Below are positions 24,830-36,788 of a stretch of 64,000 bases of DNA, one piece after another. The notes below the pieces were generated by a model, which made no database searches, was not told the origin of the DNA, and saw nothing but the letters and a program-made list of their open reading frames with translations. The position numbers were made by a program, and so were the translations under genes. The DNA is from Lama guanicoe (lineage: Eukaryota), in contig MU054220.1 in the NCBI GenBank assembly GCA_013239625.1, forward strand, positions 3,597,374 to 3,661,373, written 5' to 3'. Every line of letters begins with the position of its first letter. Position 1 is the first letter of the stretch.

Positions 24830-25330
24830 TATCAGTTGTCTGTTGCTGTGAAACAAAGCACCACAAAACAAAGTGGCTTAAAAGAACAACCATTGATTGC
24901 TCACGATTTAGGATTTGGTAATTAGGGCAAATTTCAGCTGGCATGGCTCCTCGCTATTCCAGGTAGCGTTGGCCAGACTAAATTTAAGCAAGAGGAAAGG
25001 TCACTCGGCAGGTTGGTGGGGGGCTGGCTGGTCCCAGATGCCCTTCTCACATAGCCTGGTAATTGGCTGAGCTGTCAGCCAGGTGCCTTAGTTCTCCTCC
25101 ATGTGGCCCCTCCAGTAGGATAGCTGGGGCTTCCTCCTGTGAGCCAGGTTCCAAGACAGCGAGAGTGAAAGATGCAAAGCCTATAAGAAGTCACACAGCA
25201 TCACTTCTGCCACATTCTATTGACCAAGGCTGGGCACAAGGCCAGGCCAGTTTCAAGACATGGTGAAATGGATTCTATTCCTTAATACAAGATGTGACAA
25301 AGAATTTCACTTTTAATCCACGACAGTACC
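24830..25330 (-). mobile_element. MLT1 (MaLR) LTR
   Basis: tgttgctgtgaaacaaagcaccacaaaacaaagtggcttaaaagaacaacc, and agaagtcacacagcatcacttctgccacattctattgacc. Confidence 0.75.
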
Positions 25331-25892
25331 CCTATTTGACCATAATTATTGTTCCACATGCAAAATACACTCACCTTCTCCCAAGACTTCCTGTGAAAGT
25401 CTCACCTCATTATAGCTCTGGAGTCCATGACCTTATAGGGTGCATTTTGGGAATAGGTCCCCTTCTCCAAATCCTTTCCCTCTACAAAGGACACCATGGG
25501 GCTAACAGCAGACATTCCCTTGGCTTCTGCTTTTCAGCATTAGACATCCCGGTCTCACTGTGCGCCCTGCGCTGGAGACCAAGGCCAGCGCTTCCTGCAG
25601 AAGCCTCAGCGCTTTGCAGACATGCGGTCCCTGCTCCTCCTCCCAGCCCCCTTAGGAAACCAGAAGAGGGGCCTTGCTTCCTCATTTCACAGATGGAGAT
25701 GGGAGAACCACAAAACTGGAGTAACTCCCCCAAATTCACTGGAAGAGTCCCACGGGGATGGGAACAGAGGTCAGGGGTGCCGAAGTCGCAGTGCAGGTTG
25801 CTACTTCAAAATTTAGGTAATGCCCAAGTGTTCACGAGAGTAACCCAAAGCCTTGGTTCCAGGCAAAACTTGTAGTGGGATGATAAATTGAT

Positions 25893-26480
25893 ATTCATTC
25901 ACTCATTCATTCATATAATCCTTCAATCGCAAACTATTTATTGAACATCACTGAGCCAGGATGTACCAGGATGATACTGGGTACTGGGGATATGATTGTG
26001 AACAAAGCAGAGGGTCCCCTGTCCTCTTAGAACTCACAGCCTGGTGGCATAGACACACATTAAACACATAACACAAGAATAAATATGAGATTTGATGCAG
26101 GACATTACAGTAGTTGCTAATAAGGGAATGACCCAGCCTGGGAGAAGCTTCCATTACAAGGTACTGTTTAAGCTGAGGCTTGAAAATTGAGTAGGTATTT
26201 ACCAGATATGGACAGGGGGACTGGTTGACCAGATACAGGTTGTAGGCAGTGGGGGGTGGGGAGCAAGTGCAAAGGCCCTGAGGCTGGAATGTGCCTGACA
26301 TAGTCAAGAAACAGTACAGCAGCCATTGTGACTGCGTAGGCCATGTCGAGGAGGCTGCACTTGATCCTTGCTACAGTGGCAAGCTTCTGAATGTGGGAGA
26401 GGCGTGATAGGTCTGTGTTTCTAAAAGTTCATTCTCCTTGCCCTGTGAAGAATAGATTGGAAGAAGGTCTGAAGTGAAGC
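25893..26480 (-). mobile_element. L2 fragment
   Basis: attcattcactcattcattca..tatttattgaacatc tail, and agcaagtgcaaaggccctgaggctggaatgtgcctg. Confidence 0.75.
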
Positions 26481-27457
26481 TGGGCTGATTGATAGCAGCC
26501 GCAACTTGTTGAACATGTGTGTGCAGGTGATTCCAGTATATTATCTCATTTAATTGTTCCAACCAGCCAGTGAAGCAGATACCATCAGCCTTGTTTTACA
26601 AACTTGGCAAGCAGTGCTCAGAGAGACTGAGTGGCACAGGGTCACTCAGCCATTTTCTTAATGCCCAATATCTAAACAGTGTTGAGAAGCCACTGTCTCC
26701 CCTCCCCTTGAACTTCAGAGGGCTGGAGGAGATCCTAAGAGGTCACCTCTTCTGGCCCCTGCTCCTGGTTTGAGGGCTTGGGTTGCAAGTGGCACGTTAT
26801 CTGCAGACCCGTATGTGTGCAGGTTGATCCCATCTCCTCAGCCTTCCTCCTTGGGCCTATTTGATGCCCATCTGTTACAACCTACAGTCCCCCGCCTCAT
26901 AAACTCCACCAACAGGAAAAGCCACCTGGCCACGCCCCCTCCCCTCTTCCTACACACACATCCAAATGGCCATTCAGTCATTATCAGCTTAACTGCTGTG
27001 TGCCTCCGTAGGTTCTGTGCAGTGAGGAGCCACGTTCCATGATCGCTGAACAATTGGATGTTTTCCCAAAGCCTCAAGGGTTTGAAGATGCCAAAACATT
27101 AAAACTAGAGCTGCCCCTTAGACTTCATTAAGTCCAACCCCCAAGTTGTTCAGGTAAGGCTACTGAGGGTCAGAGAGGGGCAGGGACTCACCCTCGGTCA
27201 CACATTGAGTAAGCATCAGAATGGGAGCCAGAGCCCTGGGATCCTGTAGCCGGGGCCTGGCAGACGTTGATTTCCATCCTCCACACTGAACTCCAGGTTC
27301 AGGTGAAGAAATGACAATGAGGAAGTGTGGGGCTCTTGCCCAAGGATATTAGGCTACACACACAGGATTGGGCTGCCCTCATACGTAAACTCAGATCCAT
27401 CTGACTCCAAATTCAATTCTTTCCTCCTCCTTCCCCATGTGTGCATCTGTCCCACAG

Positions 27458-27825
27458 GAGTGGACGAGAAGATCTGGCAGGCGGGTACCACTCAACTTCC
27501 TGGCCCTGGAGCGCCCGCAGCTGCAGAGCCAACTGAACGGATGGCCGCCCTTTCAAGACACTGCCCGGCCGCATGGGTAAGGCTTGTTTCCCTGGTCGTG
27601 CCTGGCAGGCATTTCTTTCCTTTTAAAAAGAACTGTCAGCAGCATGTTTATGGTTTGGTTTTTGTCTTCTCCCCCGCAGCTCCCCACAAAGCTGCTGGAG
27701 GAGGACACTTCAATCTTTGCCTTCTGTCACGTCTCAACATGGCGACACTGGTCTCTCACATAGGCTCAGGCACAGACTCCGCTTTGGGCAGCCCCACCTC
27801 ACTGGACCCCTGACACCTCTAAAAG
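27458..27825 (+). other. Candidate pair of spliced exons (27458-27576 and 27680-27825), product unknown or lncRNA
   Basis: Acceptor ...catctgtcccacag|G, donor TGG|gtaagg, acceptor ttttgtcttctcccccgcag|C, and a weaker donor AAAAG|gtgggc. The sequence is repeat-free and CpG-retaining. No protein family recognised. Confidence 0.3.
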
Positions 27826-28202
27826 GTGGGCTGCCGGCTGCGCCTGGCTGTGCCCCCAATCCCAGACCGGGGCTGTTGTTCATATAACTTTTAAAGTTGA
27901 AATCATTTAAGACTCCAAAAAAATGTCAGTTTCTACATAGTCTTCACCCAGCTTCCCCTGATGATAATATCTAAGTAACCAAAGCACTTCGTCAAAGTCA
28001 GGGAACTGAGGTTGGCACAATGTTACTAGCTCAGATGCAGACCTTACTTAGATTTCATCAGTTTTTACAGGCATGCCAATTGTGTTGTTTTTAATTTCCA
28101 GTTGTCATCAGTTACCCAGGCTCCCAGTTTAGAGAGTGGGCTGGTTTAGGAAGGTAGTTAAGACAAGCTGCCGTTTCCAGCCCTTCTCCCCACCACTTCC
28201 TC

Positions 28203-28760
28203 TTTTTTTTAATTGAAGTATAGTCAGTTTATAATGTGTCAATTTCTGGGGTACAGCATACATACATACATATATTCCTCTTCATATTCTTTTTCACTAT
28301 AGGTTACTATAAGATGCTGAATATAGTTCCCTGTGCTATACGGTATAAACTTGTTATTCATCTATTTTATATATAGTAGCTAGTATCTGCAAATTTTGAA
28401 CTCACAATTTATCCTTTCTTATCCACTTTTGCCCCTGATAACCATAAGCTTATTTTCTGTGTCTGTGAGTCTGCTTCTGTTTTATAAACAAGTTCATTTG
28501 CGTCATTTTTTTTCGATTCCACATATAAATGATGTCATATGATATTTGTCTTTCTCTTTCTGGCTTACTTCACTTAGAATGATGATCTCCAGGTCCATCC
28601 ATGTTGCTGCAAATAGCATTATTTTATTCTTTTTTATGGCTGTGTAGTATTCCATTGTATATATACATACCACAGCTTCTTTGTCCAGTCATCTGTCAAT
28701 GGACATTTAGGCTGTTTCCATGTCTTGGTTATTGTAAACAGTGCTGCTGTGAACATTGGG
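28203..28760 (-). mobile_element. 5'-truncated lineage-specific L1 3' end
   Basis: Poly(T) followed by aattgaagtatagtcagtt, and ccatgttgctgcaaat. TSD cccaccacttc[c/a]tc at 28189-28202 and 28761-28774. Confidence 0.92.
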
Positions 28761-28779
28761 CCCACCACTTCATCTCCAG

Positions 28780-30060
28780 AAACAGCCGCTTCAGTTCCTT
28801 TAGCTGATCATTGCATGTTTAGCTCCCAGTGACTCTGTAACACACTTATATCGTTATGTGTATTTTTTCAGGTTAGGCATTATCATTGCTTCCCTGCTCT
28901 AGGACATGCAGTGTTAAATCTCTGTCCTCCCCACTCAACCCCACACTTCCATGCCTCCTAACCCCCCCAAATAACTGGGCCATAATTTTGGTGACATTGA
29001 TTCTCAGTGTTACAACTGTTATGATTTCTTCATTTGCTTAGTTTTCTGTGCACAGATTACTAATTTTTTTCTCAATATCAAACTCTTTGCCAATTGTTGG
29101 ATGTTTTCTCAATACTTTCATTCACATCCGACTTTCTATTAATTTCACCATCTTGAAAGCCATCTCTTCTGGAACCTTCTGGCATTCCCAAACTAGACAT
29201 ATTGCTGTCTGTAGCTGGCACTCTGGAATCTCTGACACCCAGCACCCCACCTCAAACCTGACCCCTCACTGCCCCATCATCAGTTTGAGGATCCCTCCAC
29301 CTCCCTTCTGAGTTGGATTTCCTGCTTCCTGGATTCTACGTCTTCCTGTTTCTTGCTTCATTCCTCATGTCAGTGGAGTACATCCTCCCTCAGTCTCCTG
29401 AGAAAGGGTAGGTGGGAGGCAACTTTCTTGAGTCCTTGGTTGTCTAAGAAGATCTCTACACTTTTGGCTTGACCTTGGACTCTAGGTTGGAAATACCTTT
29501 TCTTTCAGAATGTAAAGGCTTTGCTCTTTTATCTTCTCCCTACCAGAGTTGCTCTTGATAAGTTTAGAGTTATTCTGACTGCATTTTTACCTCTCTAGAG
29601 GTCAATCAACTCTCCCCGCACTGCCGACGTCCTGAGATCCCCTCTTCCCTCATGTGTTCAGCACTGGTGGGGCCTTCTGATCTTGGGATTCATGTCCCTC
29701 ACTTTGGGGAAATTTTCCACAATTACTTTATTGATATTTCCTCCCCACCATTGTCTTTCTCTTTCTAGAACTCCTACGATTTGAGTATGAGAGTCCCTGT
29801 ACCAGTCCTCTCATTGTCTCATCATTTAATGCCTGTTTTCAATGGTTTATTGTGCAATATAGTCTTGAGAAATATCCCAAACTTCATCTCTCAAACCTTA
29901 AACTGACTTTTATGTTTCTGCTCACATGTGTTTTTCCAAGAGCTCTTCTCTCTCCTGTGCTTCTTTTTTTACAGCATCTTGTTCTTTTTTTGTGAATGCA
30001 TTATCTCTTATCTCTCTTTGGATCTAGAGGTTTTTGCCTTTATTATGATTATATTTTTTA
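28780..30060 (-). mobile_element. Highly diverged L1M/HAL1-like fragment
   Basis: T-rich strand with L1 ORF1-region antisense motifs (ttctttcagaatgtaaaggctttgctc, tggggaaattttccacaattacttt, ttctagaactcctacgattt). Confidence 0.5.
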
Positions 30061-30265
30061 TGACTTTCTCTGGGTGTGCTTCCCACTTGAGCCAATAGAA
30101 GTTACAGTGTCTCCTCTCTCGTTTAATAGGTATCTTAAAGGAGAGACCAAAATCAAAGCTCAAAGACTGGAATCTGCATATACAGACCACCGGAGCTCTC
30201 ACTACCCATCCTCACCACCATGCCAGACATGACTAATCAATTGTGACACCCTTTCCTGCCAAGCC

Positions 30266-30478
30266 CAGAGAAGAATTTTTTGCCTTAGCATTATTGCCGT
30301 TTGGGCAGGATAATTCTTGGTTGGGGGGCTGTCTGACATATTGTAGGACTTCAGCAGCATTCCTGGGTTCTATCCACTAGATGTCATTACCCCATGCACC
30401 CTAGCTGTGACAAAGTGTCTCCAGAAATTGTCAAATATCCCCTGGGTGACAAAATTGCCCCTGGATTAAGAATCACTG
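30266..30478. mobile_element. MER20 hAT-Charlie element
   Basis: tttgggcaggataattcttg..gggggctgtc..ttgtagga..cagcagcattcctgg..ccactagatg..tgtctccagaaattgtcaaatatcccctggg..aaaattgcccc..ttaagaatcactg. Confidence 0.88.
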
Positions 30479-31759
30479 ACCCAGCATCCTTGTTGACACA
30501 GCATTCCAAGCAGCCACTGCTAATCTCATTTGGACCATGGAATGAAACCTATCTGGCCAACAGAGCTGCCACTTCACAGAGATTCAGAGCCTAGTAGATC
30601 AACAGCCTAATTTGGCAATTCTGTGATTCAAATTAAGAGATTTCTATTTGAGGGTGAGAGCAGCCCCAGCCTGCCACTTCCTGAGAACAGAAAGAGAGCG
30701 AGGCAGGCTGGACTTGAGGGTCCCAGCCCTGCTGTATTAAGTCTGATGCTGACAGGTGTGGATGTGGTCCCCCAGGGCTCCCAGAATCACCTAAATATAC
30801 CAGGGATGCAGGCTAAGGTGTTCTTTGTCTTGTCCGCAGAGTGTGGAGAGAAGATGTGCTAGTGGCCCAATGTCATCAGCATCCCCCTCCAGACCTCTAT
30901 CTCTAAGAATGGCTAGTGTTTACGAGGTGTTTATCATGTACCAAGCACTGCACCAAGATGGACTGTGTGTTGGCCCTGCTGATCAATCACTCTATATGTA
31001 GGTTCAATTTTTAATCCCCACAGTTTAGATGGGAAACCAAGACTCAGGGAAGTTAAATATGTTGCTCAAGTTAGCACACCTAGAAGTAAGTAAAGTTAGG
31101 ATTTGAGCCACGTGGTCCAATGCAGAGCCCTTCACAATTATACTGGAGTCTAAAAAGCTAAGCATAGGCTCTGGCAGTGGTGATGGCTCAACCCCCAGCA
31201 GTGTTCTTCGCCTTCACCAGGGGGAGGCCACAGGGGTGACTTGGCAGAGGCCACCTCTCCCTGGGGCTTGGGTTTAGTAACAGCCCCAGGGTAGACAGAC
31301 CTTGTGCAATATACCAAACCCCAGAGACTTTGCAGGGACAAAGGAAAATCATTCCAGCCTTAGACCACAGTGTGGGGTGGCAGGTCAAATGGGAATCTAG
31401 AAGCATCCTAAATAAAAGGAGAGATCACTCAGCCCATCAAGATGGACAAGCCGTCTTCTCCATGAAAAAGGATACCATTTGGTCCAGCCATTCATCCACC
31501 CCATCTGCCCTACCCAAGCTTTTCTGAAAGGCTGCAGTGGAAGAAAGATACATAAGTAAAGAAAGATTGCATAGTCCTGTGCATTCTCACAGCAATCAGA
31601 ATGAAGGTAAACCAAAAATATCTGAAACTACAGCCAACCCCCTCCTACCTCAAATACTGACAAGATAAAAAAGGCAGAGGATGTTGGTGGTTGGGCTAAT
31701 TACAGGTAACTGAGAATAATTGAAGCTATTTCTCAGCCCCAGCTCAATTATACGCTAAG

Positions 31760-34700
31760 CAAAATCTGGACGAGCAGCCTCTCAATCCAGCCATCAGATA
31801 GCAGAAAGGGTTTAGACTTTACAGGAAATAAACAAAACAAAACATCAACATGACACTTCAATCTCAGTTGTTCTTTTATATATATTTTCAAGAATATAAT
31901 AAAATTGAACACTAGGCAAGAGAATAGATAGGAAAATGTGACCCATAATTAAAAGAAAACAGAAGTAATAGAAGCAGACATGCATTGGTTATTAGAATGA
32001 ACAGTAACAATGAAAGACCTTAAATACATACATGAACACATGAAGACAGTTACAGGAAAAAAAGAAGGTAGATTGGGCCAAGAGATAAGGTTTTTCAGGA
32101 TATTGATGGAAATTCTAAAGAGTAACCAGATGGCAATTCTAGAAATAAAACTGGAAACATCAGAACTGAAAAACTTATTGGATAAACAGTAGATTTAACA
32201 TAGCAGAAGAAAGAGTCAGTAAACTTGAAGAGAGGTCAAAATACATTCAAACTGAAGCATGGAGGAAAAAAGACAGAAAAATATGAACAGAGCATCAGTA
32301 ACCTGTGATATAATATCAAGCATTTTGCAGGTGTATAATTGGGATCCCAGAAGGAAAGGAGAGTGCAGTATAAACACAAAGAAAGTCACAACTTGGCATA
32401 TTATAGTAATATTGATACAAACTAGTGATAAAGAGAAATGTCTTAAAAGCATCCAAAAAAAAATCAAACAGAAAAAATGCATTACTTGGAGGGACATGAA
32501 TAATGAGAATGATGGCTGACTTTTTACTGGAAACAGTGCAAGTCAGCAAACAATGGAAAGCATCTTTAAAGTGCTGAAAAGAAAAAAAAAACACACCCCA
32601 AACTATCAGTGAAATTATCCTTCAAAAATAAAAGTAAAGATAAAGATACTTCCAGATAAAAAGAAACTGAGAGAACTCATTGCCAACAAACCCACACAAT
32701 AAGAAATGCTAAAAGAAGACATTCAGGCTGAAGAGAGAAGATACAAAATAGAAATTCATATCTTCAGGAAGGAATATAAAGCATCAAAAAGCTAAATATA
32801 TGAGTAAATATGAAAGACTACTTTTTTCTCTTTTCTCCTTTAAAAAGCAATTGACCATACATCGCAGGTTAAATATACCATGTTCTAGCCACTTTGTAAG
32901 CACTGTTTGGCAGTTTCATTAAAAGTTAAACATAAATTTATCACACAACCCAGCAATTCTGCTCCCTAAAGTATTACCCGAGAGAAGCGAAAACAATTGT
33001 CCATGCAAAGGTTTTTACAGGAATGTTCCTAGCAGCATTATTCATGATGTCCAAAAAGTGGAAATAATCCAAACGCCCATCAACTGGTGAATGAATAAAC
33101 AAAAAATGTGACATAGTCACACACTGGAATATTATTTGGCAATAAAAAGGAACAAAGTACTGATGCAAGCTACAACGTGGATGAGCCTCAAAAACATTAC
33201 ACTATGTAAAAGCAAGCAAGTGCAAAAAATTGTATGACTCCATTTATATAAAATGTACAGAAAAGACAAAACTGCAGACACTTAAAGTATATTATGTGGC
33301 TTGAGGGTGAGGAGGGGGAGGACAATGGGAATTTACTAAAATGGACACAAAGGATCTTTTTGGGGTGATGGAAACTTTCTAAAACGTCATTGTGACAGTG
33401 GTTGCACAACTGTGCAGATTTACTGAAAATCGTTGAATTACACACTTAAAATGGCTGGATTTTATACTACACAAAGTAAGCCTCAATGAAGCTGTTACAA
33501 GTTGACTATAAAAGGCAAAAATAATAGCTATGTGCTGTAGGGTTTCACATCACATATGGAAGTGAAAAACTTGACAAGAGCATAATCGATTGAAGGAGGA
33601 TAAGATGGGAGTGTAATGTTTTAAAGTCTTACATTATAAAGGAATGTGTATAATATTAATTCAAGACAGAATATGATAGTTAAGGATGCATATTTTAATC
33701 CCTGGAGATGCCCCTAAAAATAAGCAAAACAAAAATATGAAGCTTAAAGGCCAATAGAAGAGATAAAATGGAACACTAAAAAATTCATACTTGAGCAAAG
33801 TATTCGAAAGAAGGCAGGAGAGACAAAATAAAAGAACAAAGAACAGATGGTCACAAACAGAAGATAGTAGGATAACAGACTGAAACTCAATGTATCAGAA
33901 ATGATAATTGTATTAAATAAATGGTCTCACACAGCAATTAAAAGCAGAGAATGTATTTAAAAAGCAAAACATGCCATCTACAAGAAACCAATTCTAAATA
34001 CAAATACACTTTTCCCAGTAAAAGGCTAGGGGATGATTAACGATGCAAACACTAGCTTAAGAAAGCTGACATGGTCATATTAAGACCTGACAAAGTAGAA
34101 TATATGACAAGAAATATTGTCAGAGCTCTTCTTAATGATTAAATGGCCAACTATTAAAAAGAACTAATAACCCTAAATCTCTAGGTACCTAGTAACAAAA
34201 CTTCAAAATATGTGAAATGGAGATTAACCAAACTACAGGAAGAAATAGAAAAAGAAACATATTGATCACTGGGAATTTAACACTCCTCTCTTTGTAATGG
34301 AAAGGGAAAGCATCAGTAAGCTTATAGAAGATGTTAGCTAATTGACATCTGTAAAACACTATACCCAACAGAATATATATATATATTTCTAAGTGCATGT
34401 AGAAAATTACCAAGAAAAACCATGTGCTGAGCTAGAAAAGAAGTTTCCAGAAAAGTCAAAGGATCGTAATCATTTCTTATAAAGTTAAACATACACTTAC
34501 CTTATGACCCAGCAATTGTTTTCCTATGTACCCAAGAGAAATGAAAACATGTCTACAGAAAGTCGGATACAAGAACGTTCGTAGCAGCTTTATCTCCAAT
34601 TACCCTCAAGTGTGAACAACCCTACTGTTTATCAACAGAAAAAATGGATAAACAAACTGTGGAATATTTATACGATGGAATCCTACTTAACAAAAACAAG

Positions 34701-35075
34701 GGACACACTACCGTATACACAACAAAATGGGTAAACCTCAAAATATTAGGCTGAGCCAAAGAAACCAGACTTAAAAGAGTACATGCTGTATGAGCGTGTC
34801 CATTCATGTGAATTTCATGAAACCTTCTAGTGATAGTCACTATCCTAGTGTTCATCACTGTAAACCTAGAGCTATCTTGGGGAGAGGAGATGGCAGGAAT
34901 TGACTGGAAAGGGGCACAAGGATCTATCTGAGTGATGAACATTCCGTACCTTGATTTGGGTGTGGGTGACGTAGATGGAGACTGTATATAATTTGTCAAA
35001 ACTTTTCTTGCTGTATGTTTAAGATGTGTGCATTTCACTGAACATTAACTATTCCTTGATTTTGAAAGAGCAAAA
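31760..35075 (+). mobile_element. Mosaic of old L1M sequence: ORF1 region, an inserted L1 3' end (~32860-33497), ORF2 endonuclease start, then another L1 3' end (~34478-35075)
   Basis: ORF1 motifs IIGIPEG (~32336-32356) and RMMADF..ETVQ (~32505-32540). Endonuclease-like NGL..IK, CHLQET and G.FNTPL motifs at ~33920-34290. Two separate ..acccagcaatt.. 3' segments. A-rich + strand with all frames disrupted. Confidence 0.8.
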
Positions 35076-36610
35076 GTAAAAATAAAACTCTTAACTATTA
35101 TGAGCACCAGGCACACACCAAATGGCTTACATGCATTAAGTCACGAAAGCTTCACAGATCTTAACAAATAGGGAAACGGAGACACTGAAAAGTAGTGTCA
35201 CTTGCTCAGCGTCATGCAGCTCGCTCACAGCAGCATCCAAAGGCAAGGTTTGTGCCTGGCTTGCCCACCTTTCTACCCTGATGCTTGAACAACAATAAAG
35301 GGTAGCTTTTGTTATTAAGAACCCTGTGAGGCAAGAATCGTTAGCCTGTTGCCTGAAAGAAACTGAGGCTCAGAGAGGCTAAGTGACTTCTCGTGGAAAG
35401 TGGTAGAATCAGGATTTGAACCTATGTCTGTGTGACTGCCCGGCCTGGCCTCTAAGCTTCCTGCGTTGCATCACACCCCTGCCCACTCTTGTGGGGCAGG
35501 TATGATCCATATACAGCCCCTCACACACAGTCAGGTGAGTTTGACCTTCACACCTGCCTCTTTGGGAAACACTCTAATGCTCTGCCCAGGAACTCACCCT
35601 ATACCATCTCCACCTCCACCCAGACGGCCACAGGCACTCTATGGCATGGAGGTGGGTGATTTCAATGAATGTCGTAAATTTTAGGGAAGGAGAGTTTAGG
35701 GTTTCTCAGTTTCTCACTAATTCACTCATTCAGCAAATCTTTGTAAGCACCCACCACATGCCAGGGCTGGGGATGCAACAATGAACGAAATAACAGAGTG
35801 TACATCCACCAGTATGAGCCAGACAATCAAGGGGATGGTGTATATGATCTAATTTCTGATGGTGCGATGAAAAATAAACTAGGGTAAGGGGGGAGATGGG
35901 GAGGGGTGGCCTCTCTCAGGAGGTGGCAATTGATGGGGGTGACCTGCAGGAAACCAAGGAGTGAACTTTGGGGCCATCTGAAGGGAGGTGCCTCAGGAGC
36001 TGCAAGAGAGAAAGTGTGAGAGAGGGTCAGGGAGAGGGTGTGCACACAATGTGGGGTGAATAGATGTCATTCCTGCGGAAATGGTCCTGATCAAGTTCAC
36101 TCAAGGTCTCCGAGACAATGAGGGGAAAAGGAAGACGCCAGCTCAGCCAGACCAAAATTAGGTGACAGCCGAGGAAGGACCAGGGCCAGGTTTTCTGCAA
36201 GGGGAGCAAAGAGACTTCCCTCCCTGGTGGCCCTGAGCACTTCTGCATGACAGCAGGCCCGGGACCCCCCTGCTCACCCCCACACACGGAGCACTCAGAC
36301 AACTTGCAACCATCGAGCAGGTTTTGAGGCTCTACCATACTGTAGGAACTCCATCAGGGCTTGTACACACTGCCTCACTAAATCCCCACCATAATCTGGA
36401 GGCAGGAAGTAGTGATTGCATTTTACATTTGAGGAAATTGAAATTAAGCTCATTGCTGAAAGATGGCAGAAAAGAGGCTTGAGCACAAATCTTCGCAGAA
36501 TCCAGGTTCTTTCTACTTGATGGTACAAAGAAGACCAAGAGTTTAGAGGCAGTTACCCTGGCTGCAAGGAGAGAAGGCCAGAACATCCTGAGGTTTCAGT
36601 ACCTATTAAC

Positions 36611-36788
36611 TGGATGGATAGATGGATAGATGGATGGATGGACAGGTAGATGAATGGATGGATGGGTGGATGATGGATGAAGGGATTAATGGAGAGATGG
36701 ATGGATGGATGGTTGGACAGATGGAGAGATGGATGAATGGAAGCTGGGAGGGAGGAAAAGGTGAATCGGCAGATGGACGAATGGATAA
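36611..36788. repeat. Degenerate (TGGA)n/(TAGA)n simple repeat
   Basis: tggatggatagatggatagatggatggatgg... read directly from the sequence. Confidence 0.9.
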
